Notes under the pieces: model-generated
Told to the model about the DNA's origin: nothing
Database searches by the model: none
The model's input: only the letters and a program-made list of their open reading frames with translations
Program-made: the position numbers and the translations under genes
Origin: an uncultured Candidatus Saccharibacteria bacterium
GTDB taxonomy: Bacteria; Patescibacteriota; Minisyncoccia; Minisyncoccales; UBA1441
Direction: 5' to 3'
Assembly (NCBI GenBank): GCA_964572275.1
Contig: CAZNED010000002.1
Location: forward strand, 12,582-76,581
DNA: 64,000 bases
Shown here: in pieces, positions 36,390 to 47,781 of the stretch
Layout of the letters: every line of letters begins with the position of its first letter
How positions within the stretch are numbered: the first letter of the stretch is position 1

Positions 36390-36794
36390 TTATTCCGCAG
36401 GTGTTTCAACTTCCTCTTCAACTTCTCCCTCAACCGCCTCTTCTGTCTCTTCTGCAATGCCGGCTTCTATGATTTCAACGGGCAAACCCCACATATGGAC
36501 ATCGACGTAATCTTCGTCGACTCTAGCCGTGAAATCAATTTCTAAGCCATCTTCTTGAAGCGATTCGTCCAAATTGATTGGGAAGTATTGATAACCATCA
36601 AAAGATACGATTCCAAAGAAACCACCTTCCAAGTCAATATAGGTGACTGTTCCTGTCGTATCAATCGTGATCTCTTCTTCTGTTTCTGTCTCTGGCTCCA
36701 CTTCGACCTTCGGACCACTGAAGATAAGGATTGCTCCAATAATGACAATAACGATTACTAGAACAATGATTAAAAGATTAACTTTTGACTTCAT
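36390..36794 (-). CDS. Membrane-anchored acidic hypothetical protein
   Basis: 134 aa. It has an N-terminal TM (LLIIVLVIVIVIIGAILIF) and a Glu/Thr-rich exported domain. Confidence 0.45.
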   Translation of the reverse strand: MKSKVNLLIIVLVIVIVIIGAILIFSGPKVEVEPETETEEEITIDTTGTVTYIDLEGGFFGIVSFDGYQYFPINLDESLQEDGLEIDFTARVDEDYVDVHMWGLPVEIIEAGIAEETEEAVEGEVEEEVETPAE

Positions 36795-36806
36795 TAAATT
36801 TATTAA

Positions 36807-37607
36807 TTAATTAATTTCGTAAGTAATCCTTACGCTAACTTCGACCTTGTTTTCGCCCGACTGAATCGATGGAACTATCGACGAATCCATTGATTCAGGA
36901 TATGCCATATCACCGGCGCCCCGGGCCCAGAGCACAGCCGGCACATCCTCATAATAATAAATGATCCTTGACAAACTAACTCCTAATTGATCAGCTAATT
37001 CTTCGGCTTTTTGGCGAGCTTGTATTATGGCTTCACCTCTGATCTCGTCTCTGACCGCATCTTCATTTTCGACTATAAACGAAAACTCCCCTACTTGATT
37101 AGCCCCAAGTTCAGTTGCACGCTGAATGATCTGGCCAATACTATCAAAATCTCTGATCCGCACTTCTAACATCTGATTAACCTCATATCCGGCCAAGATT
37201 CTTTCTCCTTCAATATAATCTTTCTGGGTGAGCCATTCATAGCGCGGAGATAGCGTGAATTGTGTTGTCTTAAGATTCTCGTCTTCTAATCCGATTTCTG
37301 TTTTAAGAGCTTCAATAACAGCATTCATCTTGGTAACATTTTCCGCCATCGCATCATTCACGTTTTCAGCTTCGGTCTTAACACCCATATTGATTATGGC
37401 CAAATCAGGTTTTACAAACTTTTCAGCCTGGCCAGAAACTGTAATCTCACTGCGCAACTCTGGATTTTGACCGATATAACGATATTCTTTCAGACGATTA
37501 AAGAATTCTACAGTTGTTACTGCCGTTACAATCATAAGCAATACTGTTGCAATTCCCAAAAAGCCATTCAATTTATGTCGCCAATCTAATTTTTCATTTT
37601 GATCCAT
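36807..37607 (-). CDS. SIMPL/DUF541-family periplasmic protein
   Basis: 266 aa. It has an N-terminal TM, then blocks typical of SIMPL (LAGYEVNQMLEVRIRDFDSIGQII, RGEAIIQARQKAEELADQLG). Confidence 0.7.
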   Translation of the reverse strand: MDQNEKLDWRHKLNGFLGIATVLLMIVTAVTTVEFFNRLKEYRYIGQNPELRSEITVSGQAEKFVKPDLAIINMGVKTEAENVNDAMAENVTKMNAVIEALKTEIGLEDENLKTTQFTLSPRYEWLTQKDYIEGERILAGYEVNQMLEVRIRDFDSIGQIIQRATELGANQVGEFSFIVENEDAVRDEIRGEAIIQARQKAEELADQLGVSLSRIIYYYEDVPAVLWARGAGDMAYPESMDSSIVPSIQSGENKVEVSVRITYEIN

Positions 37608-37630
37608 GATTCGATTTATGTGAATTAATT

Positions 37631-37807
37631 TTACTGAATATTATTATCAAGCTCTTCAAAGGTGTGACCTTCTGAGCAACCGTTGGCATCTTTGACTAGT
37701 AACTCCATTGGCTGACCACAGCACGATAACTGCCCCTCGCCTCCGTTCAAAACTTGAATAACATTGCCACAAATATGACACTGATAGATTTGATCTTTCT
37801 CGGTCAT
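37631..37807 (-). CDS. Desulforedoxin-like small iron protein (58 aa), missed by the ORF track
   Basis: MTEKDQIYQCHICGNVIQVLNGGEGQLSCCGQPMELL... shows the Dx C-x2-C...C-C pattern with adjacent cysteines. Its ATG directly abuts the rubrerythrin stop (TAAATG). Confidence 0.65.
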   Translation of the reverse strand: MTEKDQIYQCHICGNVIQVLNGGEGQLSCCGQPMELLVKDANGCSEGHTFEELDNNIQ

Positions 37808-38383
37808 TTAATATTCTTCGCATTTAACTTGAAAATAGGAGCGGTCATGATGACAAGACGGACATTTTTCCGGTGGTTCAAATCCAGAATGAGCATATCC
37901 GCACTCCCGACAAACCCAATGTGTTTCTTTCTCTTTTTTAAAAATCGCTGCTTTTTTCAATTGTTCAAGTATCTTTTCGTAACGTTCATGATGATGTTTT
38001 TCAGCAATGGCAATCGCCATCAATCGTGCCGATACATCAGCATATCCTTCTTCTTCAGCTATGCGAGCAAATTCCGGATACATTTCCGAATACTCATGAG
38101 CCTCTCCCGCAATAGCTGATTGTAAATTTGCGATGGTGTCACCGCCGATAATTGGAGTGTCTAACTCTATTTTCAATTGATTAAGATTACCACTATTTAA
38201 ATCGTTTAATAAATCCCAAAGCGTCTCGGCATGCTCTCTTTCGTTATCTGATGTTAAAAGAAAAATTTCGGCAATTTGTTGATACCCCTCTTTTTTAGCT
38301 ACTTTCGAAAAAAAAGTATAGCGATTTCGAGCCATACTCTCACCAATAAAAGCCATTGTTAAATTTTTAAGGGTATTCTCCAT
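37808..38383 (-). CDS. rbr: Rubrerythrin
   Basis: 191 aa. It has a ferritin-like di-iron domain (E..H repeats: NEREHAE, EAHEYSEMY, AEKHHHERY) plus the C-terminal rubredoxin-like WVCRECGY...CPSC. Confidence 0.85.
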   Translation of the reverse strand: MENTLKNLTMAFIGESMARNRYTFFSKVAKKEGYQQIAEIFLLTSDNEREHAETLWDLLNDLNSGNLNQLKIELDTPIIGGDTIANLQSAIAGEAHEYSEMYPEFARIAEEEGYADVSARLMAIAIAEKHHHERYEKILEQLKKAAIFKKEKETHWVCRECGYAHSGFEPPEKCPSCHHDRSYFQVKCEEY

Positions 38384-38422
38384 AACACGCTGATTATAAC
38401 GCTCAAGCCCAATAAATGCAAA

Positions 38423-39481
38423 TTAAATACCTGATTTTATCTCGACAACATCGCCATCCTGAATCTGATATTCCCGGCCTTCTGTTCTTATTAATCCTTT
38501 CTGCCGCGCCACAGCAAAATTGCCTGCTTCAATCAGATCATTCCATTTGATAATTTCGGCTTTGATAAAATTATTTTCAAAATCAGTGTGAATCACTCCC
38601 CCAGCCTGTGGAGCGGTTTGTCCCCGCCTCAAGGTCCAAGCTCTTATTTCATTGCGGCCGATTGTAAAGAAAGTAATCAAATCTAATAATCTATATGACG
38701 ATCTTATTAATTCATCAAGCCCACTTTGATCAAGCTCCAAGGATTGGCGTTCTTCTGCGGTTAAATCACAGGCTTCTAATTCTATCAAAGCATCTAGAAT
38801 AATTAATGGATGTCCTTCAAATTTACCCAAGATACCGTGATCAACTTCATCTTTATTGGCATTAATCAAATAAAGACGTGGCTTACCTGTTAATAATTGA
38901 TATTTCTTGATAAGTTCCCAACTAAAATCATCTTCGATATTATCTACTAAGAATTTACCATTTTTTAATAATTCTATGAAATGGTCCAATATTTCTTTCT
39001 CTCGCAGAGCTTCAGATTGGCTGGCCTTAATTTCTTTCTCTAAAGCTATAATCCTTTTTTCAATCGTTTCAATATCTTTTAGGGCTAATTCCGTATCAAG
39101 TATCTCTTTCTCAAACCATGGATCGATTCTCTCTAAAGTATTAATTATTGATTCTTTATTAAACCCTCTTAGAACATAAAGGATGGCGCTCACTTCCCTG
39201 ATGTGAGCCAAGAATTTATTGCCCAGTCCTTCGCCCTGGCTGGCTCCAGCAATTAATCCAGCAATATCGACAAATTCAACGATAGCTGGAATCTTTTTAT
39301 CCTTGGGAAATATTTTGGCTAGGGCATCTAAGCGCTCATCTGGCACAGCAATTGTTCCCAGGTTTGGCTCAATGGTACAAAAAGGATAGTTTGCTCGATC
39401 AACCTGTTTTCGTGTGATCGCTTCAAAAAGCGTTGATTTTCCGGTATTGGGTAAACCTATAATTCCAACGGATAATGACAT
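38423..39481 (-). CDS. ychF: Ribosome-binding ATPase YchF
   Basis: 352 aa. GIIGLPNTGKSTLF is the G1 motif, and the YchF coiled-coil insert and C-terminal TGS domain are present. Confidence 0.9.
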   Translation of the reverse strand: MSLSVGIIGLPNTGKSTLFEAITRKQVDRANYPFCTIEPNLGTIAVPDERLDALAKIFPKDKKIPAIVEFVDIAGLIAGASQGEGLGNKFLAHIREVSAILYVLRGFNKESIINTLERIDPWFEKEILDTELALKDIETIEKRIIALEKEIKASQSEALREKEILDHFIELLKNGKFLVDNIEDDFSWELIKKYQLLTGKPRLYLINANKDEVDHGILGKFEGHPLIILDALIELEACDLTAEERQSLELDQSGLDELIRSSYRLLDLITFFTIGRNEIRAWTLRRGQTAPQAGGVIHTDFENNFIKAEIIKWNDLIEAGNFAVARQKGLIRTEGREYQIQDGDVVEIKSGI

Positions 39482-39655
39482 ATTGTGATGATATTATAGC
39501 TCAAAAAAAGACTATTGACATTACTCCAAGACAAAATAAAATAGAACTGTCAGTCGACCAATATAAAGCAAAGTATTGAGCCGAATAAGCAGCTGTAAGC
39601 TGTCGAAAAAGCTCAACAAAAATGGTCAAAAAGCCTAAAGGCAAATAACCTTAAC

Positions 39656-39688
39656 GAAAAAGGCGCTTCTTCAAGCGCCTTTTATTTT
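39656..39688. terminator. Bidirectional intrinsic terminator
   Basis: aaaaAGGCGCTTCttcaaGCGCCTtttatttt lies between two convergent or tandem minus-strand genes. Confidence 0.55.
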
Positions 39689-39693
39689 ATTAA

Positions 39694-40281
39694 TTATTTT
39701 CCTAATCCTGGTAACAATTCATACTCTGCTTGGCTGCGCGCAGCTAAGGCAAAACGCATATCTCTTGCAGCATCTTCTTCCAATCGATGATGATATATCT
39801 CTGGAAATACTTCCTTCGCTGCCTCATAGTCATCCTCAAAAGCACGATGACTTAAGAAAGTCAATTGGCCATCAACGATCCGAGCTGTTAATGCGACGGG
39901 ACCACCCAAAGCCATGCCTGCTTGAAGTTCATTATTCTGATCAATGTAATATTCTTGACAGAAGGCCCAGAGATAATAGACAATTTCCTGATCTTTCGCT
40001 TCTACGCCGAAGAGCTCGTATTCACAATATGTTCGCCCTCCGAAATTAGTTTGACCATAATAATCAGCTAAATATTCTCCGATTTGTTGATCAATAACAG
40101 TTGGTTGAATTTGTTCAATTTCATCAAGAATGGAAATCTCTTCTTCTTCAATTGGTCTTTCAACTCGCTCAAATCCTCTTTGAGCCAACCAAAAACCCAG
40201 TCCCAGCATTACTATCAAGATTGCAACTATAATGATTATTTTTTTGCTCATATAGGCATAAGGGCCCGCCCGAAGTAACAT
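39694..40281 (-). CDS. Membrane-anchored hypothetical protein
   Basis: 195 aa. The probable true start is the internal MSKKIIIIVAILIV at about 40251. There is no recognisable domain. Confidence 0.45.
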   Translation of the reverse strand: MLLRAGPYAYMSKKIIIIVAILIVMLGLGFWLAQRGFERVERPIEEEEISILDEIEQIQPTVIDQQIGEYLADYYGQTNFGGRTYCEYELFGVEAKDQEIVYYLWAFCQEYYIDQNNELQAGMALGGPVALTARIVDGQLTFLSHRAFEDDYEAAKEVFPEIYHHRLEEDAARDMRFALAARSQAEYELLPGLGK

Positions 40282-40304
40282 GGACGGGCTCTTATGATTG
40301 ATAT

Positions 40305-40979
40305 TTAATTTCCGCTAAAAATATTATCTAGCCATTTTTTAGCTTGGTCCTTCCCACCCAATCCGAACGCCAACGCTGCCGTAATAATAATACCTGCAAA
40401 TAGAATCTGGACTAATTCTGATGCTATGCCAAGTTGCACTAAAGAAGCCATGATAGCGAAGACAACCACCGCATATTTAGCTAGGCGGCCTAGATTGCCT
40501 GCTTTATTCTCTGATAAATGCGAAGCATGTAAAGATTTCCCGACAAATTGCTTAACAATATCTCCGACAATCAATCCTACTACTAAGATTAAAATAGCAA
40601 TGATAACATTCGGGATGTAAAGAACAATCTCTCTCAAGAATTGAGTGATCGCCTGAAGCTTCAGGATGTCAGTGACAGCCATGAAAGTGGCAATAATAAC
40701 AAACCACTTGATGATCCAGCTGATTACTTCAGAAGGAATAAAGCAAAATCCCATTTCTTCACATTTTCCTGTGATTTTTGTTTTCTCAAAAAGAAGATCA
40801 AGCTTTACACGAGAAATGATCCATTTTGCCAAGCGTGATAACAGAATGGCTAAGATCAAACCGAATATAAGCACTAAAATACCCCAAACAATATTGGGGA
40901 TAATGTACACAAAAGCATTCCAAAGGTCTGTCATAGAGCCCGTAAAAACCTCTTGGAAAGTAGCGACTTGATAAGTCAT
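40305..40979 (-). CDS. Membrane protein with conserved TM-helix repeats (MscS-associated family)
   Basis: 224 aa with 4-5 TMs, and the repeated motif IAILILVVGLIVGDIV / LGRLAKYAVVVFAIM that is typical of the TM_helix repeat family. Confidence 0.5.
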   Translation of the reverse strand: MTYQVATFQEVFTGSMTDLWNAFVYIIPNIVWGILVLIFGLILAILLSRLAKWIISRVKLDLLFEKTKITGKCEEMGFCFIPSEVISWIIKWFVIIATFMAVTDILKLQAITQFLREIVLYIPNVIIAILILVVGLIVGDIVKQFVGKSLHASHLSENKAGNLGRLAKYAVVVFAIMASLVQLGIASELVQILFAGIIITAALAFGLGGKDQAKKWLDNIFSGN

Positions 40980-41101
40980 ACAATTTTAAATTAATTATAA
41001 ATCTAAGATAGCGTGTCGACTGCAAGCTAATATTCTAATTATAATGCAAAATTAATCTATTTCCAATGATAGGTTCTGTTTATTTTAATACTGGCATAAT
41101 C

Positions 41102-42100
41102 TTAATCGTAACACTTCTTGGTCCAAACTTTATTTTTCCATTTTGCCATGCATTCCCCCAATAAGGGTTCTTTTATCGGAGAAAGATATGCTCCGGCTCG
41201 GGCTACCCATTTCACCAATAAAAAGACAGGAATGGCTACAATAATATTGAATAATGTATAAGCATTGGCTATAAAACGAACATCACTCGCGTCCATCGTG
41301 ATCCAATGAGTTAGGGCAATAAATTGCGTAAGAAGAAGCATAGTCAATAACGCAATTGCTAATTTAAAAACAGAAAAACCACGCGCTACGATTTTACCAG
41401 ATCGAGATGTTACCAACGAGACTAAGCTAATAGTGATATTAGTGCCCGTTGCCGCACCGATCATAAAAGGAATGGCGGCGAATGGAGTTAATAATCCACT
41501 CATAGTCATAGCCATTATTATGCCTACCGTCACTGAGGATGACTGAAGAACCAGTGTTATGGCGATCCCAATCAAGAACATATACCATGGTTGAGATTCT
41601 ATGCGATCCATTTGCGTAGCCAACCAATTCATATTATTGGCATCTGTAAAAGCCCCCGTCATCAACGATAATCCCATGAACAATAATCCTAAGCTAAAGA
41701 AAGCAATACCCAATATCTTGATGTATTTGCCATGCAGACTAAATGACCACAAGACCAACCCCAGAGCTATTAATAATGGCCCGTAGCTCATTATTGGTAG
41801 AGATATTATTTGAGCTGTAATCGTGCTTCCTATACTAGCCCCGGCTAACAATAATATTCCCGAGATAATCGATACCATTCCCCCGCCAACCAACCCGACC
41901 ACTATTGATGAAACCACTGAACTGCTTTGGACTATCGCTGTTACCGATGTTCCAAGTAAAAAATAGAACCATTTATGCCCTTCGGCACGCTTGAGCATAT
42001 CTTTTACATCCGCTCCTAAAATCTGTTCGGCATAACGAGCAAAAATAATAATACCGACAAGAAAACATCCTAATCCTAAGATAAGTGTTATTGAAATCAT
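41102..42100 (-). CDS. Na+/phosphate symporter (Na_Pi_cotrans family), transporter core only
   Basis: 332 aa. It has duplicated QSSSVVSSIVVGLV / QSSSVTVGIIMAM repeats characteristic of NptA-type transporters. There is no PhoU-like tail. Confidence 0.7.
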   Translation of the reverse strand: MISITLILGLGCFLVGIIIFARYAEQILGADVKDMLKRAEGHKWFYFLLGTSVTAIVQSSSVVSSIVVGLVGGGMVSIISGILLLAGASIGSTITAQIISLPIMSYGPLLIALGLVLWSFSLHGKYIKILGIAFFSLGLLFMGLSLMTGAFTDANNMNWLATQMDRIESQPWYMFLIGIAITLVLQSSSVTVGIIMAMTMSGLLTPFAAIPFMIGAATGTNITISLVSLVTSRSGKIVARGFSVFKLAIALLTMLLLTQFIALTHWITMDASDVRFIANAYTLFNIIVAIPVFLLVKWVARAGAYLSPIKEPLLGECMAKWKNKVWTKKCYD

Positions 42101-42152
42101 AATTTATGACTCAGTATAACATGACAAAAATAAGCTACTATAGTCATGATTT

Positions 42153-43247
42153 CTATTTGATGATCTGAGATGCTGATTTAATTATCCTGTTTCTTACGGC
42201 ATCCCAATCCTGATCTTCGCCAATTGGTTCAATCAAAATCAAAGAAACTCCCATTTCATCAAGCTTGCGAAAAGAGGCAAAAATATTTCTGGCCACTGAT
42301 TTTGGGTTGGATCCGATGAATATACAATGTGCACTGTATTTGTGATTTCTTTTCGTGCACAAGATACCCGCTTTCTTTCCGAGAATCATCTCTCTAATTT
42401 GATCCTCGTAATTTGACGATTCGATTAAAATAACTTTTGCTTTTGGAGCATAATGCCGATATTTAGTCCCAGGTGATTTTGGTTTTAAGCAATTCTGATC
42501 ACTTAGTAATTCAACATTTATTCCTGTTCTCTCTAAAATTTGGCTTCTTGATATCATTCCCGGTCGAAGAATTGTCAACGGCATAGCAGTCGCATCAATA
42601 ACCGTTGATTCAATCCCTATATCAACTCTTCCCCCATCAACAATCAAATCGATCCGGCCGAACAAATCTTCAATCACATGCTTTGCCTCGGTCGGGCTAG
42701 GTCTTCCCGAAGCGTTGGCGGAAGGAGCTGCGATGGGACAATCTGCATAATCAATTATTGCCCTGGCAATATTATGCCTCGGCATTCTTATCGCCACTGT
42801 GTCCAATCCACAAGTTACTATACTTGGTATCATTTCCGATTTTTCCATAATAATCGTAAGCGGTCCCGGCCAAAATGCACTTATTAATGTTTTTGCCTCA
42901 GTGCTTACATTTTTGACTAAGCCATCTAATTGCTTAATCTTTGAGATGTGAACGATAATTGGATTATCCTGAGGCCTGCCTTTGGCTAAAAATATCTTTT
43001 TGACGGCTTTTTCATTAAGAGCATTAGCCCCCAACCCATAAACTGTTTCTGTCGGAAACGCAATTAGCCCGCCATTTTTAATGATCAGACCGGCCTTCTT
43101 TATCTTTAATTCATTCGGAATAAGAGAATTAATCTTTATGATTTCCGTCTTCATCTTTATGTTTATATTAATTCTTCGCTTGGTTTTTTCTCGAATATGT
43201 TTGGCACGGTTTATCATTAAGGGCTGAAATTCCGTGCAACGTCCCAA
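42153..43247 (-). CDS. Threonylcarbamoyl-AMP synthase, long form (YrdC + Sua5 domains)
   Basis: The YrdC motifs are LIAFPTETVYGLGANA and IAAPSANASGRPSP, and a Sua5 C-terminal domain follows. The probable start is the internal MKTEIIK at 43154; the listed 5' extension is basic and of low complexity. Confidence 0.8.
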   Translation of the reverse strand: MGRCTEFQPLMINRAKHIREKTKRRININIKMKTEIIKINSLIPNELKIKKAGLIIKNGGLIAFPTETVYGLGANALNEKAVKKIFLAKGRPQDNPIIVHISKIKQLDGLVKNVSTEAKTLISAFWPGPLTIIMEKSEMIPSIVTCGLDTVAIRMPRHNIARAIIDYADCPIAAPSANASGRPSPTEAKHVIEDLFGRIDLIVDGGRVDIGIESTVIDATAMPLTILRPGMISRSQILERTGINVELLSDQNCLKPKSPGTKYRHYAPKAKVILIESSNYEDQIREMILGKKAGILCTKRNHKYSAHCIFIGSNPKSVARNIFASFRKLDEMGVSLILIEPIGEDQDWDAVRNRIIKSASQIIK

Positions 43248-43256
43248 ATGGAAATT

Positions 43257-43892
43257 TTAGAGTATTCTTTTTACCTCATTATTTTTTGCTATCACATAAA
43301 GTTTAGTATAATTCATCTCCTCTTTTGATTTTGGCTTTCGTTCATATTTTTTCACAATCGAGAATTTATTTTTAGCAAGCGAGTTCTTAATCTCTTTGAA
43401 AGAAATGATATTTAAGAAAAGTTTTTCATCTGGCTTGAAAGGTTCGTCAATGAAAATCTCCTCTGATTTTCCTTCCTGAAGTGCGACATAAATTGCACCA
43501 TCTTTTTTAAGAATTTGATGAAATTTTTCAAGAAGAGATGGAACATCTTTCTTAGGAATATGGATTAAGGAGCAAGAAGCTAAAATCCCATCGAAAAATT
43601 CGGAGGGAAAATCTAATTTTCTAATATCTCCTTCTCTAAAATCAATTTTAGGAAATTTTTGTTTTGCAATATTTAACATTTCTTTTGACAAATCTATACC
43701 AATTATTTCGAAACCTTCTGATGTCATAAAACCCGCATCGACTCCAGCACTACAACCAACGTCAAGAATTTTTGCATTTTCCGGAAGTAGGACCAAAAAT
43801 TCTTCAATATATTCTGAGGGCTTTGAAAACTCTTTTGCATAAGATTCTGCAATTTTATCATATACAGAACTTACTTGTTTTGATTTGTCCAT
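43257..43892 (-). CDS. Class I SAM-dependent methyltransferase
   Basis: 211 aa. Motif I is ILDVGCSAGVDA and the post-I acidic residue is IGIDLS. Confidence 0.7.
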   Translation of the reverse strand: MDKSKQVSSVYDKIAESYAKEFSKPSEYIEEFLVLLPENAKILDVGCSAGVDAGFMTSEGFEIIGIDLSKEMLNIAKQKFPKIDFREGDIRKLDFPSEFFDGILASCSLIHIPKKDVPSLLEKFHQILKKDGAIYVALQEGKSEEIFIDEPFKPDEKLFLNIISFKEIKNSLAKNKFSIVKKYERKPKSKEEMNYTKLYVIAKNNEVKRIL

Positions 43893-44078
43893 AATTATAT
43901 AAAAAAGATTAGCTAATGCTTAAAGCTTTTGAGAGGTGAAAATAATATTGAATATAATTCAGTGTATCTAGAAATTTTGCTGATTTTCTTATTAATTATA
44001 AAGTAAAGGGATTCGAACCGATCAGATCGCCCCATTCTCTCGACTGAATGAGTTGACTCCGATAAAAAATACTCTCAG

Positions 44079-44163
44079 CGGAGAGAGTGGGATTCGAACC
44101 CACGGGCCTCTTACGAGGCACGGCTTTCCAAGCCGTTCCATTGAGCCGCTCTGGCATCTCTCC
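44079..44163 (-). tRNA. tRNA-Ser (anticodon GGA), long variable arm, no encoded CCA
   Basis: The reverse complement is GGAGAGAUGCCAGAGCGGCUCAAUGGAACGGCUUGGAAAGCCGUGCCUCGUAAGAGGCCCGUGGGUUCGAAUCCCACUCUCUCCG. The anticodon loop is UUGGAAA and the extra arm is GCCUCGUAAGAGGC. Confidence 0.85.
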
Positions 44164-44169
44164 ATTAAA

Positions 44170-45054
44170 TTATTTTGTCATCAATCTTTTAATTCTTTCC
44201 TCTATCGGCGGATGCGTAGCAAACAAACCAATCATCCAACTCTGTCTCTGCTTCCCCCGGAAAGGAGAGGCAACAAACAAATGAGCATTACTCGTATTAG
44301 CCCTGTCTAACGAATTGGGGTCGTCTGATATCTTGGCCAAGGCCTGTGCCAACCCTTCGGGATAACGCGTCAATAATACTCCCGAGGCATCAGCTAAGAA
44401 TTCTCTTTTTCGGGAGACAGCAGCCTTAATTAGAGCTGCTGCTAATGGCGCTAAAATTAATCCCAATAAACCAATGATTAAAATAATTGGATTATTATTT
44501 TCATTACGATTATTCCGATAAAAGCTCATTCTCATAGCCATATTCGAGATAACCGCAATCGCTCCCACCAGAACAATAATCACTGTTCCCAATAAGATAT
44601 CCTTGTTTTGAATGTGAGCTAATTCATGAGCAATAACTCCTTCCAACTCAGATTTATCCAATTTATTCATCAATCCCCTAGTCACCACTACAGCGGCATG
44701 CTTCGCATCGCGCCCTGTTGCGAAAGCATTCGGCTGGCTCTCTTCCATAACATATAATGCCGGCATGGGCAATCCTGCCGCGATAGAAAGATTTTCAGCC
44801 AATCGATAAAGTTCCGGTTCACTTTGTAAAGTAACGGGCTTGGCTCTCATCATCTTCAAAACCATTTTATCTGAATACCAATAAGCAAAAAAATTCATTC
44901 CTAAGCTCCAGATAATAGCTATAATTAATATGGCCCACGATTCAAACATGTAGCTCAGAAGCCAGCCCAATCCGATAATTAGACACATCAAAACAATCAT
45001 CAACATCCATGTTCGCCGAGTGTTGCTCTCTGCCTGTTGATAGAGATTAGCCAT
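44170..45054 (-). CDS. htpX: Zinc metalloprotease HtpX (M48)
   Basis: 294 aa. It has the HELAHIQNKD (HExxH) motif and four TMs. Confidence 0.85.
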   Translation of the reverse strand: MANLYQQAESNTRRTWMLMIVLMCLIIGLGWLLSYMFESWAILIIAIIWSLGMNFFAYWYSDKMVLKMMRAKPVTLQSEPELYRLAENLSIAAGLPMPALYVMEESQPNAFATGRDAKHAAVVVTRGLMNKLDKSELEGVIAHELAHIQNKDILLGTVIIVLVGAIAVISNMAMRMSFYRNNRNENNNPIILIIGLLGLILAPLAAALIKAAVSRKREFLADASGVLLTRYPEGLAQALAKISDDPNSLDRANTSNAHLFVASPFRGKQRQSWMIGLFATHPPIEERIKRLMTK

Positions 45055-45061
45055 AAAAACC

Positions 45062-45619
45062 TTAGAAGCTCACTTTCGGGGTTTGGCGGGCTGCTTCATC
45101 ATCCAACTCGAATAAAATCATCTTCTTAAAACCAAATGGCTCAGCCATTAAATTATCCGGGAAGCTTTCAATGCGAATGTTTAAATCTCGAACATTCGTA
45201 TTGTAGAAACGTCGAGCTGCTTGTATTTTATTCTCTGTGTCCGCAAGTTCCTTCTGCAAATCAGAGAAATTCTGAGAAGCTTTCAAGTCTGGATAATTTT
45301 CAACAACAGCAAAGAGAGATTTCAGCGTTTGAGATAAATTATTCTCAGCTTGAGCTTGCTCCCCGATTGTTTTAGCGTTAACCGCCGAAGCCCGAGCCCG
45401 AGTAACATTATCAAAGACATCTTTTTCATGCGTAGCATATCCCCTAACTGTCTCTAATAAATTCGGGATCAAATCATAGCGCCTCTTTAGCTGAACGTCG
45501 ATATCAGCCCAGGCCTCCTTAGCGCGCTGGCGCAATTTAACTAATCGATTATAGGCCAAAATAACCCAAAAAATGATAACTGCAATAACTCCTAAGATTG
45601 GATAAATAAATGGATACAT
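45062..45619 (-). CDS. LemA-family protein
   Basis: 185 aa. It has an N-terminal TM and the conserved LemA core (RRYDLIPNLLETVRGYATHEK...NYPDLKASQNF). Confidence 0.8.
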   Translation of the reverse strand: MYPFIYPILGVIAVIIFWVILAYNRLVKLRQRAKEAWADIDVQLKRRYDLIPNLLETVRGYATHEKDVFDNVTRARASAVNAKTIGEQAQAENNLSQTLKSLFAVVENYPDLKASQNFSDLQKELADTENKIQAARRFYNTNVRDLNIRIESFPDNLMAEPFGFKKMILFELDDEAARQTPKVSF

Positions 45620-45654
45620 TTTATTCGATTTAATAATACTTACTTTATTATATC

Positions 45655-45693
45655 AAAAGCCTCCCGCTTAACAACCTAATAAGGGAGGCTTTT
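45655..45693. terminator. Intrinsic terminator downstream of groEL
   Basis: aaaaGCCTCCCgcttaacaacctaataaGGGAGGCtttt. Confidence 0.55.
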
Positions 45694-45708
45694 AAATTCA
45701 AATCAATA

Positions 45709-47328
<1,620 letters not shown>

Positions 47329-47345
47329 TTATAGATTTAAATTAA

Positions 47346-47636
47346 TTATTCAATGGTAGCCATAATATCATCTTCTCTAGCTATCAAATAATCTTTCTCG
47401 TCAATAGAGATCTCAGTCGGACCATATTTAGAGAAAATAACTTTGTCACCTTTTTTAATAGTCATGGGACGCAATGTTCCTGAATCTAAAATCTTGCCAG
47501 GACCGACAGCCACGACCAAGCCCTGTTCCGGTTTTTCACGATCAGCCGTTTCAGGAATAATAATCCCGCTCTCTGTTTTTTCTTTTTCAGAGATAGGCTC
47601 AATTAAAATATAATCAGAAATTGGTTTTATTTTCAT
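47346..47636 (-). CDS. groS: Co-chaperonin GroES
   Basis: 96 aa. MKIKPISDYILIEPISEKEKTESGIIIPE carries the mobile loop. Confidence 0.95.
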   Translation of the reverse strand: MKIKPISDYILIEPISEKEKTESGIIIPETADREKPEQGLVVAVGPGKILDSGTLRPMTIKKGDKVIFSKYGPTEISIDEKDYLIAREDDIMATIE

Positions 47637-47781
47637 ATCTAAATTTGTTTATTAATTTTAATTGATTAACATCAAAACCCTCTTAATAAATCTAAAAGAT
47701 GGGTTCATTCGCATAATATTTTATCAGTTTTTTGCCATTAGTCAAATTTATTGATTTGATTAAAATATCGATTCTGATAAG

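Noticed and set aside
44053-44310. Track ORFs 44053..44310 (+) and 44087..44284 (+)
   Set aside because: They overlap tRNA-Ser and the conserved htpX gene on the opposite strand and have no homology, so I treat them as spurious.
47637-47781. Looked for a CIRCE/HrcA operator (TTAGCACTC-N9-GAGTGCTAA) upstream of groES, and for divergent promoter elements
   Set aside because: No CIRCE-like inverted repeat is present in the groES upstream region. Only weak -10-like hexamers were seen, so nothing was called.
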